Shown one piece after another: positions 1 through 8,632 of a stretch of DNA of 43,313 nucleotides; position 1 is the stretch's first letter, and each line of letters begins with the position of its first letter. Source of the stretch: a virus (taxonomy: Duplodnaviria > Caudoviricetes); the IMG/VR virus record IMGVR_UViG_3300037419_001025, positions 1-43,313 of that record; one strand, written 5' to 3'. The position numbers and the translations under genes are program-made. The notes under the pieces are model-generated. The model worked only from the letters and a program-made list of their open reading frames with translations, was not told the DNA's origin and made no database searches.

Positions 1-127
1 TTCAAGTTGAATCGGCCGCAATTCCAGTTCATGAAAAAGCGCAACGCGCACAAATACATGGGCTATGTTGCGGGCTTCGGCTCGGGCAAAACGTTCGTAG
101 GATGCACTGCGCAATGCCAAGGCTTTT
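1..127. repeat. 127-bp terminal direct repeat, left copy (assembly circularisation overlap)
   Basis: Identical to 43187-43313 (TTCAAGTTGAATCGG...CCAAGGCTTTT). It lies inside the terL reading frame, and 127 is a common assembler k-mer length. Confidence 0.95.
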
Positions 128-1284
128 TGTCCTACCCGCGATTGAATCAAGGGTACTTTGCGCCGACCTTCCCGCACATTCGAGACATCTACTATCCGAC
201 GATTGAGGAAGTCGCGCATCTGCATGACATGCGCGTCAAAATCAACACGTCGAACAAAGAGGTTCACTTCTATCGGGGCCGATGGTTCTACGGCACGGCG
301 ATATGCCGCTCAATGGAACGACCCGAATCCATCGTCGGTTTTAAGATCGCGAATGCTCTCGTCGATGAACTCGACGTGATGAACCATGATCGTGCTCGTC
401 GCGCCTGGCGAAAGATAATCGCCCGCATGCGATACAAGGTCGATGGTGTGCGCAACGGCGTGGACGTGACAACGACGCCTGAAGGGTTCAAATTCGTCTA
501 TGAACAGTTCGTCGAACAGGTACGGCAAAAGCCACACCTGGCGACGCTCTACGGCCTGGTGCAAGCTTCGACGTATGAGAACGCCGCGAACCTGCCCGAC
601 GACTACATTCCTTCGCTGCTGGCGTCATATCCTGAAGCGCTGATATCCGCCTATCTTGAGGGGCAGTTCGTCAACCTGACGCAAGGCAGCGTCTACCCGT
701 CCTTCAACCGGATCAAGAACTTTACGAATGAGCGCATCGAACCGGGCGAATACCTGCATATCGGCATGGACTTCAACGTCGGCAAGATGGCCGCCGTCGT
801 GCATACGATCCGCGAAGGAAAGCCGCGAGCATTGTTCGAGTTCGTCGGCTTGCTCGATACGCCGACGATGTGCAACGCGATCAATACGCAATTCCGAAGC
901 GAGCACGGCGGCCGGATCATGGTCTACCCTGACGCGACCGGCAAGAATAGAAAATCAAACAACGCGAGCGAAACCGATTTTTCGATATTGAACGCCGCAG
1001 GCTTTACGCTGTGCCATAATCCGGCAAATCCGGCCGTTCGCGACCGCATCTTGTGTATGAATCACGCTTTCGATGACGGCTACAAGGTGAATCCCGATAC
1101 TTGCCCGCGTTATACCGATGGCCTCGAAAAGCAGGCGTACAACGACAAAGGCGAACCGGACAAAACCGCAGGCTTTGACCATTGCAACGACGCCGGCGGA
1201 TATTTCATAACTTACCGATACCCGCTTGCGCATCGTCGCGTTGAGCTTATTAACCTTACTGGGGGATACGATGGGAGTCGATAG
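1..1284 (+). CDS. terL: Terminase large subunit, main part (true start at 43127, across the circular join; about 447 aa in total)
   Basis: Walker A YVAGFGSGKT, Walker B LVDELD, coupling motif TTTPEG, RNase-H-like nuclease motifs GMDFN and DHCNDA. Lies between terS and portal. Confidence 0.95.
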   Translation, partial: FKLNRPQFQFMKKRNAHKYMGYVAGFGSGKTFVGCTAQCQGFLSYPRLNQGYFAPTFPHIRDIYYPTIEEVAHLHDMRVKINTSNKEVHFYRGRWFYGTAICRSMERPESIVGFKIANALVDELDVMNHDRARRAWRKIIARMRYKVDGVRNGVDVTTTPEGFKFVYEQFVEQVRQKPHLATLYGLVQASTYENAANLPDDYIPSLLASYPEALISAYLEGQFVNLTQGSVYPSFNRIKNFTNERIEPGEYLHIGMDFNVGKMAAVVHTIREGKPRALFEFVGLLDTPTMCNAINTQFRSEHGGRIMVYPDATGKNRKSNNASETDFSILNAAGFTLCHNPANPAVRDRILCMNHAFDDGYKVNPDTCPRYTDGLEKQAYNDKGEPDKTAGFDHCNDAGGYFITYRYPLAHRRVELINLTGGYDGSR

Positions 1285-2788
1285 CAAACATTCCGATTAC
1301 ACGCGCATGGCGCCGCTGTGGCTGAAAATGCGTGATGTGTACAGCGGCCAGGAACAGATACATTTTCGCCGCGAGAGATATTTGCCGACGCTGAACGGCG
1401 AAGAAATCGTCAACTATCACGCGCGGCTTACTCGAACGCTATTCTTTAACGCCACGTATCGCACCATCGCGGGCCTCGTCGGCATGATGTTCAAGAAAGC
1501 GCCCGTCGTCGAGGTTCCGGCCGGGATTGAAGATATGCTCGACGACGTGACGAAAAGCGGTATCGACTTGCCGACCTTCGTTCGCAAGGTTGCGGAAGAA
1601 TCGCTCATCGTCGGCCGCGTGGGCGTGCTCGTCGATTACCCTTCGACCGATACGAGCGGCATGACGCAGGCTCAAGCCGAGGCGTTGAATTTGCGGCCTA
1701 ACCTGGCGATGTACACGGCAGAATCCATCATCAATTGGCGTACCGACTGGATCAACAATAAAACGGTTTTGTCGCTCGTCGTTCTATCGGAATGCATCAA
1801 GCAGAAAGACCCGAATGATGAATTCGTGACGAAGGATGTCGAACAGTTCCGCGTGCTCGACCTCGTGCCGAGCGATACGACCGAGGGCGGCTATGCATAC
1901 CGCGTTCGAGTGTTTCAAAAGCTATCCGCAGGCTTCGTGCCGGTGCAGAATTTCATACCGTTGATGAACGGCGCTCCGCTGCCTTACATACCGTTTCAAT
2001 TCATCGGCGTGGACAACACGACCCCGAGCATCGACGAGCCGCCATTGATCGACCTAGCAAACGTCAACATATCGCACTATCAAACGACGGCCGACCTTGA
2101 GCACGGCGCCCACAAGACCGCGCTTCCGCAACCGTGGGCGAACAATATCGCGACGGCGGTCGATACCTCGGGCAAGCCGGTCAAACAGACCTTTCATTAT
2201 GGCGGCGGCTCGCTGTGGACGTTCCCGAGCGATACAACCGTCGGCATGCTTGAATACACGGGGCAAGGTCTCGAAGCGCTCGAAAAGCGGCTCGAAGTGA
2301 AAGAAAACCAAATGGCGATCCTCGGCGCGAGGATGCTTGAGGCACAAAAGAAGCAAGCGGAAACGGCCGATACCGCAGCCATTCATCGTAGCGGTGAGCA
2401 AGCGAGCCTCGCCGGCCAGGCGAATACCATATCGCGAGCAATGAACAACGTTCTCGCTTGGTTCGCAGCGTGGGCGGGTCAATCGGGCGATACCAAGTTC
2501 GCGATCAATACCGACTTTTTCGCGATCCCGCTCGATGCGCAAACTATCCTTGCGCTTGTGTCGTCCTGGCAGCAAGGCGCGATATCGAAAGAGACGCTGT
2601 TCGATAACTTCCAGCGTGGCGAAATCGTCTCGGAAGCGACGACGTTCGAGGACGAGGAAGCGAAGATATCCAACAATCCGCCGATGATGAGTTTAGGCGG
2701 GCAGGCTAACCCGAACGAACCCGGCGGCAGCGCAAATAACGGCGGGACGGGCGGCCAGGGGAACGGGCCGGCAACGGGCGCGGTTTAG
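1271..2788 (+). CDS. Portal protein (DUF4055-like)
   Basis: About 505 aa from ATG 1271 after a GGGGGA RBS; directly follows terL; motifs RYLP..Y..RL.R..F.N, GRVGVLVDYP, PPLIDLANVNISHYQ..AD. Confidence 0.9.
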   Translation: MGVDSKHSDYTRMAPLWLKMRDVYSGQEQIHFRRERYLPTLNGEEIVNYHARLTRTLFFNATYRTIAGLVGMMFKKAPVVEVPAGIEDMLDDVTKSGIDLPTFVRKVAEESLIVGRVGVLVDYPSTDTSGMTQAQAEALNLRPNLAMYTAESIINWRTDWINNKTVLSLVVLSECIKQKDPNDEFVTKDVEQFRVLDLVPSDTTEGGYAYRVRVFQKLSAGFVPVQNFIPLMNGAPLPYIPFQFIGVDNTTPSIDEPPLIDLANVNISHYQTTADLEHGAHKTALPQPWANNIATAVDTSGKPVKQTFHYGGGSLWTFPSDTTVGMLEYTGQGLEALEKRLEVKENQMAILGARMLEAQKKQAETADTAAIHRSGEQASLAGQANTISRAMNNVLAWFAAWAGQSGDTKFAINTDFFAIPLDAQTILALVSSWQQGAISKETLFDNFQRGEIVSEATTFEDEEAKISNNPPMMSLGGQANPNEPGGSANNGGTGGQGNGPATGAV

Positions 2789-2887
2789 ACGCATCGCCTC
2801 GATAAAGCGATCAACGGCCGATAGGTAGGCTTGCGGTTCGCTGTGGAACATAGCCGGCGGCGGGATTTGAGCTTTCTTCATAATCAT
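2693..2887 (-). CDS. Small hypothetical protein (64 aa), overlapping the portal 3' end in antisense
   Basis: Strong RBS AAGAGGGAG 3 nt before ATG ATT ATG (9 nt before the second ATG); last gene of the leftward cassette. Confidence 0.45.
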   Translation of the reverse strand: MIMKKAQIPPPAMFHSEPQAYLSAVDRFIEAMRLNRARCRPVPLAARPAVICAAAGFVRVSLPA

Positions 2888-2900
2888 AGACTCCCTCTTT

Positions 2901-2941
2901 AACGGTCATCAAATCTTAAAAGGTTGATGACCGTTCTTTTT
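2901..2941 (+). terminator. Probable intrinsic terminator after portal
   Basis: Perfect 12-bp arms AACGGTCATCAA / TTGATGACCGTT with an 11-nt loop, followed by CTTTTT. Confidence 0.6.
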
Positions 2942-2969
2942 GCGAATTATCAAATGTGCATTGTGTAAC

Positions 2970-3491
2970 TTACGCGAAGTCATCACGTAAGCCGGAATTA
3001 TCTTGCTTTACGGGCTTTCGACGTTCTATTGCTTCGCTGAAAATTTCGGCCAATCCGCTTGTTACCTGGCGGAATCGCGTAAGTTTCCTGTCTGCTTCCT
3101 CAGCATCGGCAGCCACGCGGCGAAGCGTTTCGTTTAATAGATCAAGGTTATAGGCAACCTTGACTAGCGCTTCCTCCGCCGTGTCGCTTTCGGTCAAGCG
3201 GCGCAACTGCATACCGCCGCAGAACATCATTCCATAGAACGCACGATTTACGAGACCCCAAGCCGGCGTGAGGGCGAGCGGTTCTTTCTCGCGTATGAAG
3301 TTCTCGGCGATGCGCTCAAACATCGCGTGCCGCGTGCGCAGGCTCTGAAGTTCGAAACGCTCTTGTAGCCATGCGATGCTTTTGCTACCGAACTCGCGAC
3401 GAATGCGCTCGGCAAATTGTTCTCTGTCGCCTTCCTCGCGAAGATTCAACCCCTCGGCATGTTTTTCCAAAACTCTCATATCGACTGTCAT
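2970..3491 (-). CDS. Hypothetical protein (173 aa, helical, coiled-coil-like C-terminus)
   Basis: ATG at 3491 with RBS GAAAGGGAAATC; tightly packed after the upstream leftward ORF. Confidence 0.75.
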   Translation of the reverse strand: MTVDMRVLEKHAEGLNLREEGDREQFAERIRREFGSKSIAWLQERFELQSLRTRHAMFERIAENFIREKEPLALTPAWGLVNRAFYGMMFCGGMQLRRLTESDTAEEALVKVAYNLDLLNETLRRVAADAEEADRKLTRFRQVTSGLAEIFSEAIERRKPVKQDNSGLRDDFA

Positions 3492-3501
3492 GATTTCCCT
3501 T

Positions 3502-4053
3502 TCAGATGTCACTAATTGAAGTTGCGCGGGCCTTGTGGCAATAGGATTGTGCAACCTCGCGCGCTTCCCACAATCCGCCGAATTTGTAATCAATCTCTAC
3601 GACGTGCCACACTCGGCGCGTGCCGCCATAGAAAACAACCCATCGCCAACCGCGAGCCGTGCGGTCGAAATACGATTCGAGTTCGATAACGTCGTCTGTA
3701 ACGGGGTCATAGCGCTTGATGCGCGGCCCCTGGATATGCTTAACGTCGGCGCCTGGCGTATTGCTCGGGAAATCCTCGACATAGCCGGGATACAGTGCGT
3801 AGAACGCCGCGACCCCAAAGCTACGGTCGAAATTTTCGGAAATAAGCGGGTCGCGACGGTCGTCGCGAAACGAACCGTTGTTGAGCGCTTTTCGCAAATG
3901 ACGATATGCGAGTTGGAATTGCTCGCGAGGGGTCGGCCGTGTGCAAATCGGCGGCGAGCGTAACGCGCGGCCATAGCTTTGAAAGCCGCGCAATGTCATG
4001 CTGCTGATTTCGCCCACGGGCTTGCCATTGATGTATAGATTTTTATCGCTCAT
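3502..4053 (-). CDS. Hypothetical protein (183 aa)
   Basis: RBS AAGAGGT-AAATC-ATG; fits operon spacing without overlap. Confidence 0.75.
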   Translation of the reverse strand: MSDKNLYINGKPVGEISSMTLRGFQSYGRALRSPPICTRPTPREQFQLAYRHLRKALNNGSFRDDRRDPLISENFDRSFGVAAFYALYPGYVEDFPSNTPGADVKHIQGPRIKRYDPVTDDVIELESYFDRTARGWRWVVFYGGTRRVWHVVEIDYKFGGLWEAREVAQSYCHKARATSISDI

Positions 4054-4067
4054 GATTTACCTCTTGA

Positions 4068-4232
4068 TTAAAAAACTCGGCCGTTCTCGTCAATGAAATA
4101 TTCACCGACATCTTCTTTACAGAACTCGTCAAACGTCATGCCGTAATTGCGCATTTCTTCCGCCGTGATGCCGCATTGCTCGCAGTATTTGCGATACAAG
4201 GCGTATTGCTGGAATTTCTCTTTAGTTTTCAT
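4068..4232 (-). CDS. Small acidic hypothetical protein (54 aa, MKTKEKFQQYALYRKYCEQCG...DENGRVF); not in the ORF track
   Basis: Translated by hand; first gene downstream of the leftward promoter at 4268-4296; GGGCGAGA before the ATG. Confidence 0.7.
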   Translation of the reverse strand: MKTKEKFQQYALYRKYCEQCGITAEEMRNYGMTFDEFCKEDVGEYFIDENGRVF

Positions 4233-4267
4233 AATCTCGCCCGGTTAATATTCGTCAAACAATCACA

Positions 4268-4296
4268 ATCATAATTTAATAATTAAACTGACGCAA
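4268..4296 (-). promoter_or_regulatory. Leftward sigma70-type promoter TTGCGT-N17-TATGAT
   Basis: Near-consensus hexamers at ideal spacing; 4266-4302 is 33/37 identical to 27846-27882. Confidence 0.75.
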
Positions 4297-4338
4297 GCGT
4301 CACTATCGGATTATTGTAAGATAGTGACGTTTCCGTCA
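4289..4338. promoter_or_regulatory. Two operator-like palindromes TGACG-N4-CGTCA (4289-4302 and 4325-4338)
   Basis: TGACGCAAGCGTCA and TGACGTTTCCGTCA; the same motif recurs at four other intergenic sites. Confidence 0.75.
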
Positions 4339-4353
4339 AGAAAGGGTTATCAA

Positions 4354-4434
4354 ATGAAACACACTGGGGAATGCGAACACGACGCCGACGCTCGCCAGGT
4401 ATGCGAAGCGCTTACGCGCAAATACGGGGGCTAA
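4354..4434 (+). CDS. Putative 26-aa peptide (MKHTGECEHDADARQVCEALTRKYGG)
   Basis: RBS AAGAAAGGG upstream; stop codon 2 nt before the minor head ATG. Confidence 0.4.
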   Translation: MKHTGECEHDADARQVCEALTRKYGG

Positions 4435-4436
4435 TC

Positions 4437-5486
4437 ATGGCAAGCAAAGATCAACAGATAGCCGAGGATTTTATTGCGCGAAGCGTTGACCTGTTCCGGT
4501 TCACGGCGGCCGAGCGCTCCAAGGTGCTGAAGATATTGAAAACGGTCGAGGATGAATTAACGTACTTGCTCACCTATTCGGGAAAGAACCTGTCGGACAT
4601 CACACGCGCCGACAAGGCTCGCATACTGCGCCAGGCTCGCGCTTTAATCGAGGAACATTACGCGACCGCCGGCGAAGCGTTCGACGCCTCTCTTGCCGGC
4701 GTGGCCTCCGTGGAATCGAAGGCAACCGCGAAGGCATTCGGCAATGCGTTTCAAGGTCAAATCGAGCCGGCGTTACCGACCGAGGTTGTATTGCGAAAGC
4801 TTGTCGATGGAACGCTCGTGCAAGGTCACACGGTCGGCGCCTGGTTCGACCGACAAGAAGGCGATTTAGCGTTTCGCTTTCAATTGGAATTGCAACAAGG
4901 GATCGCGCAAGCCGAGACGAACGCTCAAATCATCAAGCGCGTGCGCGACAATGTGATGCCCGTCGCCAGGAACAACGTTGCCGCCTTGGTACAAACGAGC
5001 GTTCAAACCGTGAGTGCAGCGGCGAGGCGCGAGACCGTCAAGGCGAATTCCGACATCATCAAGGGGATACGTCAGATATCGACGCTCGACGGCCACACGA
5101 CACCGATATGTATCGCCTATGCCGGCGCCGAATGGGATTTGAATTACAAGCCTATTGGCGACAACAAATTGCCGTATAACGGCGGCGTTCCGCGTCATTG
5201 GAATTGCCGAAGCATAGAGGTTCCGATTACGCGCACGTTCAAAGAGCTTGGCATTGACTTGCCTGAGCCGCCGGCATCGACCCGCGCGGCGCACGGCGGC
5301 CAGGTGCGCGGAAATATCACCTTCGATGAGTTCCTACGCTCGAAACCGAAAGCCTTCGTTGACGATTTGCTTGGGCCTGGCCGTGCTGAACTATGGCGCG
5401 ACAAGACGATAACACTTCAACAACTATTGGACCAACACGGCCGCCCGCTCACTCTCGAAGAACTACGTTCCCGGCACGGAGTTTGA
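4437..5486 (+). CDS. Minor head protein (SPP1 gp7 / Mu F-like)
   Basis: STLDGHTTPIC...PRHWNCRS motif; lies between portal and scaffold; ATG 4437 after a GGGGG RBS. Confidence 0.9.
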   Translation: MASKDQQIAEDFIARSVDLFRFTAAERSKVLKILKTVEDELTYLLTYSGKNLSDITRADKARILRQARALIEEHYATAGEAFDASLAGVASVESKATAKAFGNAFQGQIEPALPTEVVLRKLVDGTLVQGHTVGAWFDRQEGDLAFRFQLELQQGIAQAETNAQIIKRVRDNVMPVARNNVAALVQTSVQTVSAAARRETVKANSDIIKGIRQISTLDGHTTPICIAYAGAEWDLNYKPIGDNKLPYNGGVPRHWNCRSIEVPITRTFKELGIDLPEPPASTRAAHGGQVRGNITFDEFLRSKPKAFVDDLLGPGRAELWRDKTITLQQLLDQHGRPLTLEELRSRHGV

Positions 5487-5521
5487 TTTTTATCAAAAAG
5501 TGTGCTTGTTTGGTATAAAAT
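5483..5521 (+). promoter_or_regulatory. Candidate promoter of the scaffold-capsid operon with a perfect TTGAT-N4-ATCAA box
   Basis: TTGATTTTTATCAA at 5483-5496; TGGTATAAAAT -10-like element at 5511-5521. Confidence 0.45.
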
Positions 5522-5596
5522 GCCGACAAAAGGTTGCTTAGGGCGAACTTTTCACACTTGCGGCTAGGCCGCTAACTAACTCCCGAGGGGAAAACC

Positions 5597-6289
5597 ATGT
5601 TTCGAAAAATGACCGTATTGCAATTGCTGTTCCCGACGCTGTTCGTTCGCTTCCATGCGTTCGATCCCGACGATGCCGATACCAAAGCGGGCATTGCCGC
5701 CGCTGTGGATGCCGCTATCGAGGGCTTGAAAAAGAAGAATGACGAACTGCTCGGCAAATTGCGCAAGGCGCAGGAAAAGAGCGGCGAGGGTATTGACCGG
5801 GCAGAGTTCGAACGCATGGAAGCTGAACGCGATGAGGCTCGCGCCAATCTCGCCGAAGCGCAAAAGCAACACAAAGCAGCAATGAAGCAGGCAACCGATG
5901 CCTCCGAGGCGCTTAAAGCCGAACAGGGCTTTACCTCGCGGCTTTTGATTGATAACGGATTGACGACGGCACTCACCGAAGCCGGCGTCAAAAATCCGGC
6001 TCACTTGAAAGCCGCTGCGGCTTTGTTGAAATCGAACGGGCAACTCCAAATCGTTACCGAGGGCGACAATCGCGTCGTCAAGGCCGGCGATAAGGCACTC
6101 GGCGATTTCGTCAAAGCATGGGCAGGCGGGGATGAGGGTAAAGCCTTTGTCACTGCCGCGAACAACTCGGGCGGCGGCGCCCACGGTAGCGGAGGCTCGC
6201 AAGGCGGCTCCCATACCGGCAACATGGGCGGCACGCCGGCGGAACGGCAAGCCGCTATCGCTGCGAAATACCCCGAATTGGCTCAATAA
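5597..6289 (+). CDS. Capsid scaffolding protein
   Basis: Coiled-coil GLKKKNDELLGK..., Gly-rich C-terminal linker; directly upstream of the major capsid gene; GAGGGG RBS. Confidence 0.85.
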   Translation: MFRKMTVLQLLFPTLFVRFHAFDPDDADTKAGIAAAVDAAIEGLKKKNDELLGKLRKAQEKSGEGIDRAEFERMEAERDEARANLAEAQKQHKAAMKQATDASEALKAEQGFTSRLLIDNGLTTALTEAGVKNPAHLKAAAALLKSNGQLQIVTEGDNRVVKAGDKALGDFVKAWAGGDEGKAFVTAANNSGGGAHGSGGSQGGSHTGNMGGTPAERQAAIAAKYPELAQ

Positions 6290-6348
6290 GGGTTCGGGCC
6301 TAAGCAATTTATTTTCATATATCGAAACTACGAAAGGCGGTAAGCATC

Positions 6349-7317
6349 ATGTCTCTATCGAATATGCAGGTATTCAACAAATACTATTTGCAAGCGATCA
6401 TCGAATCGTTGGCGCAGATGGTCGATAAGTTCAACGCCGGCAGCAATGGCACGATCACCCTGACGACCGAAGGTTTCACGGGCGATTTCATGCAAAGTTC
6501 GTTCTACTCGGCTTTGCATTCGGCGCAACGCCGCGTTGACCGTTACGCCTCGAACGGCACGCCTTCCGCGACGCCGCTCGCTCAAACGAAGGATTCGGCC
6601 GTCAAGGTTGCCGGCGGCTTCGGCCCGATCTTGTTCGAGCCGGGGCAAATGGGATGGCTGCAAAAGCCGACCGCCGAGGCAATCGAAATGATTTCTCGGA
6701 ACTTCGCCGAAGCGCTGCTCGCCGACCAACTGAACACCGCGATTGCCTGCCTTGTGGCCGCCATCGAAAACAATTCGTCGGCGAAAAACGATGTGTCGGC
6801 CTCGGCCGGTATCAGCTATTCGGCCATGAACAACGCTCACGCTTTGTTCGGCGATATGTCTGGCAACCTGACGGCGCAAGTGATGAACGGAACCACGTTC
6901 CACAAACTCATCGGCGCGAACCTGGCGAACTCGGAAAAGCTGTTCTATTCGACGAACGTCACCGTCGTCAACATCTTGGGCAAGGCGGTCATCGTGACCG
7001 ACGCGCCGGCTCTGTACAAGACCGGCACGCCGAACAAACTCAAGGTGTTGTCGCTGTCGCCCGGCGCCGCTACCGTCTATGACGGGTCTGACCTCATCAC
7101 CAATATTCAGACCAATAACGGAAAGGATCGCATCGAGACGACTTTTCAAGCCGACTATACGTTCGGTATCGGCCTCAAGGGTTACACCTGGGACGAAACG
7201 AACGGCGGCAAGTCGCCGACCGATGCGGAACTAGCCACGGGTACGAATTGGGATGTCAACGTTAACAGCGTGAAGCATACCGCCGGCGTTATCACCATCG
7301 GCGACGCTGCACAATAA
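6349..7317 (+). CDS. Major capsid protein
   Basis: 322 aa after scaffold; motifs AQMVDKFNAGSNG and GLKGYTWDETNGGKSPTDAELATGTNW typical of a siphovirus capsid family; followed by a terminator. Confidence 0.9.
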   Translation: MSLSNMQVFNKYYLQAIIESLAQMVDKFNAGSNGTITLTTEGFTGDFMQSSFYSALHSAQRRVDRYASNGTPSATPLAQTKDSAVKVAGGFGPILFEPGQMGWLQKPTAEAIEMISRNFAEALLADQLNTAIACLVAAIENNSSAKNDVSASAGISYSAMNNAHALFGDMSGNLTAQVMNGTTFHKLIGANLANSEKLFYSTNVTVVNILGKAVIVTDAPALYKTGTPNKLKVLSLSPGAATVYDGSDLITNIQTNNGKDRIETTFQADYTFGIGLKGYTWDETNGGKSPTDAELATGTNWDVNVNSVKHTAGVITIGDAAQ

Positions 7318-7344
7318 CGGCGCCGGGGGTCGCTGTTGTTGCTT

Positions 7345-7376
7345 GCCGAGTCTCTTAACCGGGACTCGGCTTTTTT
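7345..7376 (+). terminator. Intrinsic terminator after the capsid gene
   Basis: GCCGAGTC...GACTCGGC stem followed by TTTTTT. Confidence 0.85.
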
Positions 7377-7409
7377 CAAAACGTGTTGCACACTGAAAGG
7401 AAACACATC

Positions 7410-7679
7410 ATGCCCGCAGATGAAAAAGAATTGCCGCTCGCGAATACCGACGCAAGCCGCAAAAAACCCGTGTGGTATTTGGCCGGCCCGTTCGACCAAT
7501 ACAGCGAGAACGTCAAGAAACTGGCCTCCGAGCGTGGCTTACGCATCATCGACGCGACCGCTACCGACGACCGCTCGAACGCCGCCGACGAGAAGTCTTT
7601 GCCGCGCGTGACGCTGAAACGTGACGCCGAAGCCGAAGCGATTCGCCAGGCGGCAGCGCTCACCGGCGGCAAGCGGTAA
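7410..7679 (+). CDS. Small post-capsid protein (89 aa)
   Basis: RBS GAAAGGAAA, ATG 7410; VWYLAGPF.QY.E.VK.LA...GLRIIDA pattern is familiar from genes after capsids in this head type. Confidence 0.75.
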   Translation: MPADEKELPLANTDASRKKPVWYLAGPFDQYSENVKKLASERGLRIIDATATDDRSNAADEKSLPRVTLKRDAEAEAIRQAAALTGGKR

Positions 7680-7729
7680 TCACGCCAGGCGCAATTATCA
7701 TTTCGTAGCAAACCAAGAGAGGCCGACAA

Positions 7730-8167
7730 ATGAGCTTTAAAATTTCAACGTTAGTTCGCGAGGCGAGAGCCGACGCGTTCGAATCGACGGTCGGCCTCTC
7801 GCCGATCATCAAATTTTTCAACCTGGGGGCGGCGACGATCCCCGCGAAATGCGCCGACGCTGACACTGGCACCGCGATTGCATCCGGCACGCTTCCGGCC
7901 GACTGGATGAACGCCGCTTCGAGCGCCGCGAACGTCACGACCAAGACGCTCAAAGGCACTTGGACCGTGACCGGCATTGTTGCAGCGGGTAGCGGCTTGA
8001 ACGCCGATTACTTCCGTATCTACGACCCGAGCGGAACCACATGCCACGGTCAAGGCGAAGTCACCGCGACGGGCGGCGGCGGAGTCATCACGCTCGATAA
8101 CGTCAACATCGCGAATACTCAAGTCGCGACCATTACGAGCTTCACCATCACCGAAAGCAACGGCTAA
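7730..8167 (+). CDS. Putative virion structural protein, possible fibre subunit (145 aa, beta-rich)
   Basis: Ala/Thr/Gly-rich, A.YFRI.D..GT...QG.V pattern; GAGAGG RBS; within the late operon. Confidence 0.6.
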   Translation: MSFKISTLVREARADAFESTVGLSPIIKFFNLGAATIPAKCADADTGTAIASGTLPADWMNAASSAANVTTKTLKGTWTVTGIVAAGSGLNADYFRIYDPSGTTCHGQGEVTATGGGGVITLDNVNIANTQVATITSFTITESNG

Positions 8168-8178
8168 AAGGTGCGATC

Positions 8179-8631
8179 ATGGCTTCGATTCTCTCATCAA
8201 CTTTTGAAGAGGGGGCGCCGCAAGTTGACGGGCGGCGCAATGTAACCGAACGACACGTCGCCGGCGATGGCCGGCTTTTTACTTTTGAGTACCTGGCCGA
8301 TGAAGCAACGGACATCAATAAGGTACTCACGGCCCGCGCCGCGTGGCTGCTGAAGGAACTCGAAGCCGATGACCAAGCCGCCGCGATTGTCGGCGATACA
8401 CAAGGCCCGAAAAGCGGTATCCGTGTAATGCGCCGGTTTACGTTACAAGAGCGCATCGCGATACGCACGCGGGCGGATACCAATGCTATCGCCCGCGACT
8501 TCATGCACATGTTCGACATGTCGGGCGATGCGATCTATCTCGACGATCCTGATTTCGTCGCGGGCATCGACTATTTCGTTACGCTCGGAGACCTCACGGC
8601 CGAGCGTGCGGCGATCATAAAGGCGTGGTGA
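8179..8631 (+). CDS. Putative fibre-associated or chaperone-like protein (150 aa)
   Basis: C-terminal RRFT..ERIAI...LDDPD...LT.ERA..I helical motif is usually found next to fibre genes. Confidence 0.55.
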   Translation: MASILSSTFEEGAPQVDGRRNVTERHVAGDGRLFTFEYLADEATDINKVLTARAAWLLKELEADDQAAAIVGDTQGPKSGIRVMRRFTLQERIAIRTRADTNAIARDFMHMFDMSGDAIYLDDPDFVAGIDYFVTLGDLTAERAAIIKAW

Positions 8632-8632
8632 A

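Noticed and set aside
3851-3868. Palindrome TCGCGACG-GT-CGTCGCGA
   Set aside because: Single copy inside a coding region of CG-rich DNA, and it does not match the operator spacing.
3535-3963. Plus-strand 142-aa ORF in the leftward cassette
   Set aside because: Overlaps a minus-strand ORF that has a clear RBS and fits operon spacing.
5521-5596. Riboswitch in the scaffold leader (GCGGCTAGGCCGC hairpin)
   Set aside because: Only a short hairpin; I could not match any known aptamer consensus. An Infernal/Rfam search would be needed.
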